Of a stretch of 64,000 nucleotides of DNA, positions 35,198 to 44,281 are shown piece by piece (position 1 is the stretch's first letter; the number at the start of each line of letters is the position of its first letter). Made by a program: the position numbers and the translations under genes. This DNA comes from Myxococcales bacterium (lineage in GTDB: Bacteria; Myxococcota_A; UBA9042), in the NCBI GenBank assembly GCA_037441385.1, contig JBBISH010000003.1, positions 1 through 64,000 of the forward strand. The letters run 5' to 3'. Under the pieces are notes generated by a model. It saw only the letters and a list, made by a program, of their open reading frames with translations. It did no database searches and was not told where the DNA came from.

Positions 35198-36250
35198 GTG
35201 TCCATCAACGCTGCGTCCCAGAATCACTCGACGACGAACACTGGCCGCCCCACGCTGCTGGCGTGGCTGTTGCGGTCCGTGTTGCTGCTGGCCATGGCCT
35301 CGCTGCCCACCGCTCCATTCTCGGCGCTGTTGTTGCCCAACACGGCTCACGCCGATGACGAGGGCCATCGCCCGGCCGCGCGCCAAAAGGTACTGATCCT
35401 GCGCGCTGACGGGACCGGCGTGACCGAACCGCAGCGCCAAGCCATCAGCAAGGAATTGCAGACTCAGGCGCTGCGCTACCGGCAGCTCGACGTCGCCATC
35501 GCCGCCGGGGACTTGACCGAAGAAATGTTCGAGTTCGAGTGCACCGAGCCGGGCGTCGAGTGTTTGTCCAAGATCGGCAACAAGTACGGCGCCCAGTTGG
35601 TCGTGTACAGCGAACTGGCCAAGAATCCGTCGGGGCAGCTGCAAATCAACATGCGCGTCATCGACGTGGCCCAGGGCCGCGTGGCCCAGACGACCGTGCA
35701 GCCGCTGGACCAAATCGACAAGCCGACGCTGGCCGTGCAGCGCGGTCTGGTGGTGCTCTTGGGCCCGGTCGACATGCCGGCCGAAGCGGGCGAGGCGACG
35801 GGGACCCTGCAAGTCGTGCTCTTTGGCGGCGGCGTGGCGCTGGTCTACGTAGACGACAAACTGGTCGGGCGCACGTCAGTGGGCGGGCTGAAAGTGCAGG
35901 TTTCGGCTGGTCCGCACATGCTCCGCGTAGTCCGCGCCGGCTTCAAAGAGTGGACGGCCAAGATTACGGTCGCGGCGGGTGCCGTGCTTGAACAGGCCGT
36001 GCAATTGGAACAGCAATCGGTGGTTGCCGATCCGGGTCCGGGTACGCCGGGCACGCCCAAGCCCAGCGACAACAGCGTCACCAAGCAGTGGTGGTTCTGG
36101 ACCGCGGTGGGCGTGGGCGTGGTGGCCATCGGCACCGCGGCCTACTACCTGCTCAAGCCGGCGGACGCGCCCAAGACGGGGTCGCTGGCGGTTTCGCTCG
36201 ATCACGTCGAGGCCTATCTGGACCCGGTGTTTGCCGGTTCGGCGAAGTAG
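35198..36250 (+). CDS. PEGA domain-containing membrane protein
   Basis: GGAGG RBS and GTG start; ALVYVDDKLVGRT...GPHMLRVVRAGFKEW; C-terminal WWFWTAVG TM typical of myxobacterial PEGA proteins. Confidence 0.85.
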   Translation: MSINAASQNHSTTNTGRPTLLAWLLRSVLLLAMASLPTAPFSALLLPNTAHADDEGHRPAARQKVLILRADGTGVTEPQRQAISKELQTQALRYRQLDVAIAAGDLTEEMFEFECTEPGVECLSKIGNKYGAQLVVYSELAKNPSGQLQINMRVIDVAQGRVAQTTVQPLDQIDKPTLAVQRGLVVLLGPVDMPAEAGEATGTLQVVLFGGGVALVYVDDKLVGRTSVGGLKVQVSAGPHMLRVVRAGFKEWTAKITVAAGAVLEQAVQLEQQSVVADPGPGTPGTPKPSDNSVTKQWWFWTAVGVGVVAIGTAAYYLLKPADAPKTGSLAVSLDHVEAYLDPVFAGSAK

Positions 36251-36258
36251 AGGCGACC

Positions 36259-38058
36259 ATGGCAAAGCTACGCACGATGGTTTCGACCCTGCTGGCGCTC
36301 GGTTGCGTTGCCGCGCTCGCCGCGTCTTGCGCCACCGAACCGGCCGAGGCGCCGCTGCAACCCGGCTACGGGCGCCTGGAACTGGCGCTGTCCGGCTCGC
36401 TGCCGGGGGCCAAGCGCATGTCGATTCGGCTGTTCCGCGGTGCGCTGACGGCGCCCGGCAAAGTTCCAGCCCACGCCTGGGCTTGCCAGGCCTACGGCGG
36501 CAGCCAAAGCAACAAGTCCGTTGTCCAGGACCTAGAAGCCGCCGACGACTATTCGGTCTTGGTCGAACTGTACGAAGACGACGCCTGCACCAAGCTGCGC
36601 TATCGCGCCTACCGCGGCGGCATCGTCGTCAAAGCCGGCACGGGCAAAGAGGTTTCTAGCACGCCGTACTGGCTGCCCACCGTCGAGGCGGGCCACTTTT
36701 CCAGCATGGCGCAGGTCAACGCCGACTTGGTCAAGGCCGCCAGCAGCAAGACTTGCGGCAGCGACGACGAGTGCCACGGCGTCCACGTCAACGCCGTTTG
36801 CGGCGAAAACCACAAGTGCACCGTAGAGAACCTGTTCCCGCTCAACGGCGCCCAGCGCCGCGCCTTCTCGACGATGGTGACCCTGAGCGACGGCCGCGTC
36901 GGCATCCTGGGCGGGTTTGGCGTCCTTTCCGACGGCTACTGGTCGGCCACCGCCGAGACCGTCGAGGTCTACGAGCCCAGCCTGGGCGTGTTCTCGCGCA
37001 CCAAGGTGAGCGGCGGCTTGGCCTTGGGCCTGGCGGACGCCGTCACGCTGACCGGCAATTCTTTTGCCTACCTGGGCGGTTCGACCGGCGCCAAGGTAGC
37101 GCTGGCCAACAAGAAGCTGAGCACCCAGCTCGACACGCGCGGCTGCACGGGCGCGCCCGAGGGCTGCGCGGTCGACCACTCGCTGTTCCGCTGGACACTG
37201 GACGCCAACCCCAAGGCGGACTCGATCGCCCTGGGCGTGCCGGTGGCCTTCCCGCAGATCGCCGCCGTGACGACCGCGGCGGGCAATCGTCTGTTGATGG
37301 CGGGCGGCGCCGACGTGCCGATCTTGGGCGACAAACGCCGCGGTAAAGCGCAGTTGTGCGTGGTCGAGGCCACGGGTCTGTCGTGCCCCGAGCAGCCCGG
37401 CACCTCGATGAAGGCGGCCCGTGCTCAGGCGGCGGTGGCCTGCTTGGGCCGCGACGCTACCGGCAACTGCATCAAGGTCGGCCTGTTCGGCGGCCGGGTG
37501 AGCGGACCACTCAGCGAAGTGTTCGATGGAACATCGAGCACTTTTGCCGCGTTGCAGGATCAGGGCCAGCCGCCCGCAGCGATCCATGGCGGCAAGGTGT
37601 ACCCGTTTGGCGCGAACACCTACCTGCTCGTAGGTGGCACGACCCACAAAACCTTCTTGGAAGACGCGGAGATCACAAGCGGTGGCGACCTGCCCGTGTA
37701 CAAGTTGGTGGTGGACACCAATGCCTTGACCGTGACGTGGACGGCCCTGGACCTGTCGGCCTCGGGTGCGCCCGACGGCGGCAAGCGCCTGTGGCCGGCG
37801 TCTGTCCAGCTGCTCGACGGCAGCGTGCTCCTGATCGGCGGCCTGGACGCCAACCTGAACCCGCTGAGCGACGCCATCTGGATCGCCCAATCGGGCAGTG
37901 CGCGGGTCCTGACCAACTTCGCTCGCTTTGGCGCTTCGGCGGCGGTCATCGGCGGCAAGGGCCCGATGGGCGGCTGCGTGGTGCTGGGCGGTGGCTTCAG
38001 CTTGGGCAGCGACGGCGCGCTGGTCCCGCAAAACCAAGTCGAGCTGTTCTGCTTGTAA
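36259..38058 (+). CDS. Lipoprotein with Kelch-like beta-propeller
   Basis: LAASC lipobox; LSDGRVGILGG, EVYEP and LLDGSVLLIGG repeats. Confidence 0.8.
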   Translation: MAKLRTMVSTLLALGCVAALAASCATEPAEAPLQPGYGRLELALSGSLPGAKRMSIRLFRGALTAPGKVPAHAWACQAYGGSQSNKSVVQDLEAADDYSVLVELYEDDACTKLRYRAYRGGIVVKAGTGKEVSSTPYWLPTVEAGHFSSMAQVNADLVKAASSKTCGSDDECHGVHVNAVCGENHKCTVENLFPLNGAQRRAFSTMVTLSDGRVGILGGFGVLSDGYWSATAETVEVYEPSLGVFSRTKVSGGLALGLADAVTLTGNSFAYLGGSTGAKVALANKKLSTQLDTRGCTGAPEGCAVDHSLFRWTLDANPKADSIALGVPVAFPQIAAVTTAAGNRLLMAGGADVPILGDKRRGKAQLCVVEATGLSCPEQPGTSMKAARAQAAVACLGRDATGNCIKVGLFGGRVSGPLSEVFDGTSSTFAALQDQGQPPAAIHGGKVYPFGANTYLLVGGTTHKTFLEDAEITSGGDLPVYKLVVDTNALTVTWTALDLSASGAPDGGKRLWPASVQLLDGSVLLIGGLDANLNPLSDAIWIAQSGSARVLTNFARFGASAAVIGGKGPMGGCVVLGGGFSLGSDGALVPQNQVELFCL

Positions 38059-38060
38059 GC

Positions 38061-40016
38061 GTGGACGCGCCGGCATCGCCCGCGGCTGTTCCCGCGCCCC
38101 CGCAGCCGATTTGGCCCTGGCTTGGGCCTGCATTCGCCGTGGCCGCCTGGGTCTGGCTGCTGGCACCGGCGGTGGCCTGGTTCGACAGCGGCGAATTGGC
38201 GGCGGCGGCCACGTCGCTGGGCGTCCCCCATCCCACCGGTTTTGCGGCGTTTGTGCTGGCGGGCCATGACCTGGCGCAATGGCCATTGGCGTCCGCAGCC
38301 CTGCGCGTTCACCTCCTGGGCGCCGTCAGCGCAGTGGCCGCGGTCGTGCTGTGGCGGCGAGCGCTGGGCGTCGCGTGGCCGGCCAATATTCGCCAAGTTG
38401 TGGACGAGGCGGCCGTCTGCGTGGCTCCCCTAGCCTTGGGCGCCTTGGCGATGCACATCCGGGCCAGCGAGGTCTATGCCCCTACGTGGCTGGTGGCGTC
38501 GGCGGCCTTGTTTGCGCTGACGCGGTCGCCGCGCCCCGTAGCGCTGCTTGCCGTGCTGACCGGTCTGGGTGCGGCAGTCCACGTCGAGGCCGCGCTTTTG
38601 GCGGGTGCGGCGTGGCTGTGGGCAGAAGCGACCGCGCGCAGTCGCTGGAGGGATCGACTGGGCCGGGTCGGACTTGCGGGGCTGGCGCTGGCCACCCTTG
38701 CCTATCTGCCGTTGGCGGCGCGACGGCAGCCGATGCTGTCGTGGGGGGCGATCGACTCGCTGGCGGCGTTGGTCCAGCATCTGACGGCGGCGTCGATTCG
38801 CGAAGCTTTCGCCGACCGGATGGGCGCGGCCGGCGGGTTCACGGCGCTGTGGGCCCTGATTCGCGACCAGGCCTGGCTGTGGCTGGCGCCGGCGGCGTTG
38901 GGGTTGGCGGTGACCTGGCGGCGGCAGCGCTCATTGGCCGGGATCACCGCAGCGGCGCTGGCGATCGATGCGCTGTACTCGGCGCTGGTCAACCCGATGG
39001 GGCTGCGCGACCAGCAGGCGGGACTACTAGTCCTGTTGGGCACTTGCGTGCTCGCGTTTGAGGGTCTGCGCTGGCTGCTCCGGCAGGTGCGCTGGACTTG
39101 GTCGGGGCCGCTGCTGCTGGCGGGGGTCCTGTGGCAAGCCCAAGTCGGGTCCCCAGACTTGGGGCAAGGCGATCTGGAGGCGGGCGCCCGCTATGCCGAT
39201 CTCTTGCTCGATCGCGCTGGTCCCGGGCAGTGGCTGGTGACGACGAGCGACCACGCGGCGAGCGCTTGTCTGTGGCGCCAGGTGGGCGAGGGAGCGCGCC
39301 CGGATGCGCCGTGTGTTCCCGCGGTCTTCTTGCGCGACGATGCGATGGCTGCGCACTTGGGCCGCGTTTGGCAGCGCCCGGACTTGGCCAAGGGCGTCGG
39401 GTTGCCCAACGGGCCAGGCCGCCTGAACGCCTGGGTGGACGGTGCGCTCGGCGACCAGCCGTTGCGTTGGGAAGTAGGCTTGGCTCAAGAAGATCACTGG
39501 CTCGGTGCGCGCCTACAGCTAGGTCTGCCGTGGGGCGCGGTGGCGGCGCAAAGCCAGCCGCTGGGCGATCCGCTCGAGCAGGCCAAGTCCGTGTGTGCCC
39601 AGGCCTCTCCCCCGGGTGGCCCCTGTCCACGGGCGCTGCGGGCGCTGATGTCGGGCCAACTTGCGGTCTTGGCGGGTCGCATCGCCCCCAGCGACCGGCG
39701 ATTGGCGGAAGAGTGGACGCGCGCCGCCGTGGACCTGCAGCCGACCGCCAAGGCCTTGGGCAACCTGGCGGGGCTAGTGGTCGAGCGCGAACCGGCCGAG
39801 GCACTGCAACTGGCCGAACGGGCTCTACAACTTCAGCCCGACTACCTGCGCGCCCATCGGCAGGCGGCGCGTGCGGCGGCGCGCTTGGGCGATCAGGCAG
39901 CACTGGTCGAGCACTTGCGGGTGCTGGCCGACCATCCATCGGCCGATCTGCCCGAGTTCCTTGCTCAACTGCGCCGCGAGGCCGCACCCGCGCTGCAGGG
40001 GGCGTGGCCCAAGTAG
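38061..40016 (+). CDS. DUF2723/TMEM260-like GT-C membrane glycosyltransferase with C-terminal TPR
   Basis: FDSGEL....LGVPHPTG, SEVY and YLPL...P...WG motifs; many TM helices; TPR tail. Confidence 0.82.
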   Translation: MDAPASPAAVPAPPQPIWPWLGPAFAVAAWVWLLAPAVAWFDSGELAAAATSLGVPHPTGFAAFVLAGHDLAQWPLASAALRVHLLGAVSAVAAVVLWRRALGVAWPANIRQVVDEAAVCVAPLALGALAMHIRASEVYAPTWLVASAALFALTRSPRPVALLAVLTGLGAAVHVEAALLAGAAWLWAEATARSRWRDRLGRVGLAGLALATLAYLPLAARRQPMLSWGAIDSLAALVQHLTAASIREAFADRMGAAGGFTALWALIRDQAWLWLAPAALGLAVTWRRQRSLAGITAAALAIDALYSALVNPMGLRDQQAGLLVLLGTCVLAFEGLRWLLRQVRWTWSGPLLLAGVLWQAQVGSPDLGQGDLEAGARYADLLLDRAGPGQWLVTTSDHAASACLWRQVGEGARPDAPCVPAVFLRDDAMAAHLGRVWQRPDLAKGVGLPNGPGRLNAWVDGALGDQPLRWEVGLAQEDHWLGARLQLGLPWGAVAAQSQPLGDPLEQAKSVCAQASPPGGPCPRALRALMSGQLAVLAGRIAPSDRRLAEEWTRAAVDLQPTAKALGNLAGLVVEREPAEALQLAERALQLQPDYLRAHRQAARAAARLGDQAALVEHLRVLADHPSADLPEFLAQLRREAAPALQGAWPK

Positions 40017-40088
40017 CCGCGCTGGCGGGCTGACCGCGGCGGCATTTCGGAGTATCTTGCCGGCGGCGACGTCGCCAAGGACCTCCGC

Positions 40089-41741
40089 ATGGCCCAGATG
40101 ATCCCTGCCCTGCCCCCGGCCCAGGCCAGCGCCAACGTGCGCACGGTATACGAGCGGCTGCGCACAGGACTTTCTGACGCGTGGCTGGTGGTGTGCGACG
40201 CGGCGTGGGTCGGGCGGGTGGCCAAGAACGGCCCGCTGCACGACGGTCGCATCGAGTTCGTGGCGGCGCACCCCGAGCTGGGCCTGCTGACCTTGGCGCT
40301 GGTCGACGGCGGTCTACTGTACGAGCCGTCTTCGAACCGCTGGCTGGAGTTGGGCCTGGACGGCGCGAGCGCCGCAATTCCAGATCCCTATGCTCGCGCC
40401 GAGATGGCCTGCACCGCCCTGCTGCGGCAGCTGGCCGACCACCCGGCCGCCAGTCCGTCGCAGCCCGCCCACGGGCACGGCGTCCTGCTGCTGGGGGCGC
40501 AGTGCCCCCGGCGCGGGTTTGCCCCGCACGCGCCGGCCGAGATCACCATCGACCGCGACAGGGCGACCAGCCTGGCCAAGCAAGTGGCGGCCCTGGCCGA
40601 GCTGTGGTCGCAGCGGCAACCGGCCACGGGCAATGCCTCGTCGCGCGGCTGGTGGCAGGCGCTGCAAGACACGTTCGTGGCACCGCGCCAGGCCCGCCCG
40701 CTGCTGTGGCAGCGCCTGGCCGACGACCAGGCCGGCATGATCGCCCTGGGTCCGCAACAAATGCAGGTCCTGGACATGCTGGCGCGGGTGCGGCAGCAGG
40801 CGATTTTTGGCCCAGCGGGGACCGGCAAGACCCTGCTCGCCATGCACAAAGCGCGGCTGCTGGCGCGCCAGGGCCTGCGCGTCCTCCTGACGTGCTACAA
40901 CAAGGCGCTGGGTTGGCACATGCGGCGCGCGCTGGCGGATTGTCCGGGGATCGTGGCGGGGCACTTTCACGAGCTTTGCTATGATCTTGCGGGATTGGAC
41001 CGCGATCGCTTCAAGGCGCCGGACGACGACCGCGCCTCGCGGCAATTCTTTGACGTGGAGCTGGCTGAGGCTCTGCAGCAGGCGGCAGCCACGAAGGGCC
41101 CGCTCTTTGACGCGCTGGTGGTCGACGAGGCCCAGGATTTTCTGGCGCCGTGGTGGCAAGCCCTGGACGCGTGGCTGGTCGAGCCGCATCAGGCGATTCG
41201 CTATGTATTCTTTGACGACGCGCAGCGTTTGCGGCCCGATGCGGCCCCGGTGCGCGGCGCGGCCGAAGCGCTGACCCTGACCATCAACTGGCGCAATACG
41301 CAGGCGATCCACACGCATCTGTCGGGCGTCGAGCCGGTGATGGCACAAGCGCGCTGTGCGGCGCCCGAAGGGGTGGCGGTGCAACACGAGAACCTGCGCC
41401 CCAACCCAGGTCGGGCCCTGCGGCGCGTCTTGCAGCGGCTGTGCGGCGAGGGGGGCGTGCGCCCCGACGACGTGGTGGTGCTGACCGGGCGCTCGCCTGC
41501 CCAAAGCATCTACCGCGACTTTGCTGAACTTTTGCGCCCATGGCGGCTGACCGCCGGCGACGAGCCGGGCTTGGTGCGACTGCGCGGGGCCAGGTCGTTC
41601 AAGGGTATGGAGGCGCCGGTGGTGGTGTTGACCGAGCTGGACCACTACCCGGCGGAGCAGGCGCGGCGATTGCACTACGTGGGGGCGTCGCGGGCGACGG
41701 CGCTGCTGGTGGTGATGGCCGACGCCGAGGTGGCTCCGTGA
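40089..41741 (+). CDS. NERD-like domain plus SF1 (UvrD-like) helicase
   Basis: GPAGTGKT, VVDEAQD, NWRN, FKGMEA, YVGASRA; N-terminal NERD-like region. Confidence 0.85.
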   Translation: MAQMIPALPPAQASANVRTVYERLRTGLSDAWLVVCDAAWVGRVAKNGPLHDGRIEFVAAHPELGLLTLALVDGGLLYEPSSNRWLELGLDGASAAIPDPYARAEMACTALLRQLADHPAASPSQPAHGHGVLLLGAQCPRRGFAPHAPAEITIDRDRATSLAKQVAALAELWSQRQPATGNASSRGWWQALQDTFVAPRQARPLLWQRLADDQAGMIALGPQQMQVLDMLARVRQQAIFGPAGTGKTLLAMHKARLLARQGLRVLLTCYNKALGWHMRRALADCPGIVAGHFHELCYDLAGLDRDRFKAPDDDRASRQFFDVELAEALQQAAATKGPLFDALVVDEAQDFLAPWWQALDAWLVEPHQAIRYVFFDDAQRLRPDAAPVRGAAEALTLTINWRNTQAIHTHLSGVEPVMAQARCAAPEGVAVQHENLRPNPGRALRRVLQRLCGEGGVRPDDVVVLTGRSPAQSIYRDFAELLRPWRLTAGDEPGLVRLRGARSFKGMEAPVVVLTELDHYPAEQARRLHYVGASRATALLVVMADAEVAP

Positions 41742-42736
41742 AAAAGGTCGCGTTGGCAACGAGTTTGCTGGTGTTGGCCGCGGCGTGCGCCAAGAAGCCG
41801 GCCGACTCGCCCGTACAGCCCGAGTCCGGCCAGCGCCAAGTCAATACACAGGCGCCGGCCAGCCAGCGGCCGTCAGGACGTTGGCAACTTGTTGAATTGC
41901 ATGTTGATATGCAACTGGAAGACGATCAGCGGCTGGCGGCGCTGTCGTCCGAAAGCCTGGACTCGGCGCTGCGCTCGGCCGCCAAGAACATGGAGCAGGT
42001 GCGCGGCTTTGGACCAATGCCAGAGCTCGCGCGGCAGGAGCAAGCGGGGGCCAGCGTGCAGATCGCCTGGCAGCGGCTGGACGGGGATCTGCGGCCGGTC
42101 GCGCTGAACTACAATCAGAACGGGCAGTTGCTGATCCAGGTCGTGGCCCATGCCGAGACGCCGGGCGAGCGGCCGAGCGAAAACCGCGTGGCCGAGCGGT
42201 CGCAACGGGTGATGCTGCCCATGCCGGGGACGCTGGAGGACCCCGCCGCGTGGCTGCAAGAACGGGCGACGCGGGCGATGGTGCTGGCGCTGAGCGACGC
42301 GCTGGGCGAGTTGTGGGCGGGGAGCGCGACCGAGGCCGAACTGGAGGCCTATCTGGACGGCGAGACCTGGCAGATTCAGGCGGCGTGCCGCGAAATTGGC
42401 GAGCGAAAGCTGAGCAAGCACCGGCTCCGCCTGGAAAAGCTGGCCAAAGACACGCGCAAGGATCTGGCCGCGGTCTGCGCGGCGGCACTGGGGCGGCTGG
42501 GCGATGCGTCGAGTCTGCCGGTCTTGCAGTCGCTATTGGCCAGTGGCCAGCCCGAAGTGGTCGACGCAGCGCTGGTGGCACTGGCCGGCATGGCGGGCCC
42601 TGAGGCGCGGGCGATCGTCAGTGACGCCGCGGAACATCACAGCAATTCGTTGGTTCGGCGGCGGGCGAATCAGCTGCTGAGCAACGCCGTGACTCCGGCC
42701 GGCGACGTCAGCGCCGCCACCGCCACCGGGCCGTGA
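41738..42736 (+). CDS. Lipoprotein with C-terminal HEAT repeats
   Basis: GTGA overlap with the upstream stop; LAAAC lipobox; HEAT units. Confidence 0.8.
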   Translation: MKKVALATSLLVLAAACAKKPADSPVQPESGQRQVNTQAPASQRPSGRWQLVELHVDMQLEDDQRLAALSSESLDSALRSAAKNMEQVRGFGPMPELARQEQAGASVQIAWQRLDGDLRPVALNYNQNGQLLIQVVAHAETPGERPSENRVAERSQRVMLPMPGTLEDPAAWLQERATRAMVLALSDALGELWAGSATEAELEAYLDGETWQIQAACREIGERKLSKHRLRLEKLAKDTRKDLAAVCAAALGRLGDASSLPVLQSLLASGQPEVVDAALVALAGMAGPEARAIVSDAAEHHSNSLVRRRANQLLSNAVTPAGDVSAATATGP

Positions 42737-42817
42737 TTCCGGGCGCGATTTAGGGTACTGTCCCCGATTTTCTGCTAGCAACACGGCCGCGGTCGACGCG
42801 GCCCAGGACGAGGAAAA

Positions 42818-44281
42818 GTGAGCGATCCCATCGAGAGTCGTGGCCTTTGGCCGCCGGTAGGCACCTGGCACCTGGTCGGAATCGGCGGCATCGGCGTGTC
42901 GGCGGTGGCGCGGCTGCTCAAAGCGCGCGGCGTCGACGTTCAGGGCAGCGACGTGCGCGAGTCGCAGATCACCCGCGCGCTCCGCGACGAGGGCATCCGT
43001 GTGCACATCGGCCACGCGGCCAGCAATGTCGACGGCGCGGCGGTGGTGGTGGCCTCGACAGCGATCCCCAAGACCAACCCCGAATTGGCGGCGGCCGAGG
43101 CTCGCAACATCCCGATTCTGCACCGCTCCGAGGCGCTGGGAGCGCTGGTGGGCGAGCGCCACTCGGTCGGCGTGATCGGCACGCACGGCAAGGGCACCGT
43201 GTCGGGCGCGATCACCTGGCTGCTAGAAAGCGCTGGACTGACGCCGGGTTTTGTCATCGGCGGCCTGCTGCACAACTGGGGCACCAACGCGCGGCCGGGC
43301 TCGCTGGATCCGCAGGGCCGGCACTGGCTGGTCGCCGAGGTCGACGAAAGCGACGGCAGCTTGGTCAACAGCCATCCCGTGGTGGCCGTGCTGAACAACC
43401 TGGAGCTGGACCACCTGCACTACTACCCCGAGTGGCCCAAGCTAGAAGCCGCAGTTCTGCAGTATTTCCATGGCAATCCGCGCCTGCGCACGGCGGTCAT
43501 CAACGCCGACGACCCTGGCTGCCAGAAGATCCTGGCCAAGCTGCAACTGAAGGACCCAATCCACCTGGTCACGTTCGGTTTTGGCGACGAGTGCAAGGTG
43601 CGCGGCCGCAACCTGCAGTGCGGACGCATGCACGGTTCATTCGACGTGGAAATGCGCAACGAAGACGGCAGCTACCAGCTGCTGGGCCGGGTCGAGATCC
43701 GTCTACCAGGTGCCTACAACGCCAGCAATCTGCTGGGCGCCATCGCCACCGCGTGGTCGCAGCGCCTGGACTTTGCGGCCATTCAGCGCGCTGCGCCGCT
43801 GTACCTGGGGCTCGAAAACCGCTTCACGCTGGTCGACGCCGCCGGTGTCGAGGTCGTCAAGGACTACATCTCGCACCCCACCGGCATCCAGCGCGTGCTG
43901 GAAGCAGCGCGGGCCCAGGCCCTGGGGCCAATCACGGCGGTGTTCAAACCCTATCGTTTCACGATGATCCACTACCTGATGGACGACTACCGCAAGGCGT
44001 TCCGCGACGCCGATCAGGTGGTGGTGACCGAGCTCTACACGGCGGGCGAAGTACCGATCCCAGGCACCGACGTCCACGTCCTGTGCGACAAGATCCGCGA
44101 AGTGACGCCCAACGTGACCTATGTGCACGACTTGAACGCGATCCCCGAGTGGCTGCACGCCAACGTACAAGCGCCGGCCAGCGTTCTATTTTTTGGCGGC
44201 GATGATCTGTTCCAGATCGCCGATCGCTACGCCGGCCAGCGCATCGCCGGTCAGTCCAGCCAGGGAGGCGGCCAACCATGA
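42818..44281 (+). CDS. murC: UDP-MurNAc--L-alanine ligase-like (divergent MurC)
   Basis: HLVGIGGIGVSA, GSD, GTHGK, EVDESDGS, DHL; several C-terminal motifs deviate from consensus. Confidence 0.85.
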   Translation: MSDPIESRGLWPPVGTWHLVGIGGIGVSAVARLLKARGVDVQGSDVRESQITRALRDEGIRVHIGHAASNVDGAAVVVASTAIPKTNPELAAAEARNIPILHRSEALGALVGERHSVGVIGTHGKGTVSGAITWLLESAGLTPGFVIGGLLHNWGTNARPGSLDPQGRHWLVAEVDESDGSLVNSHPVVAVLNNLELDHLHYYPEWPKLEAAVLQYFHGNPRLRTAVINADDPGCQKILAKLQLKDPIHLVTFGFGDECKVRGRNLQCGRMHGSFDVEMRNEDGSYQLLGRVEIRLPGAYNASNLLGAIATAWSQRLDFAAIQRAAPLYLGLENRFTLVDAAGVEVVKDYISHPTGIQRVLEAARAQALGPITAVFKPYRFTMIHYLMDDYRKAFRDADQVVVTELYTAGEVPIPGTDVHVLCDKIREVTPNVTYVHDLNAIPEWLHANVQAPASVLFFGGDDLFQIADRYAGQRIAGQSSQGGGQP

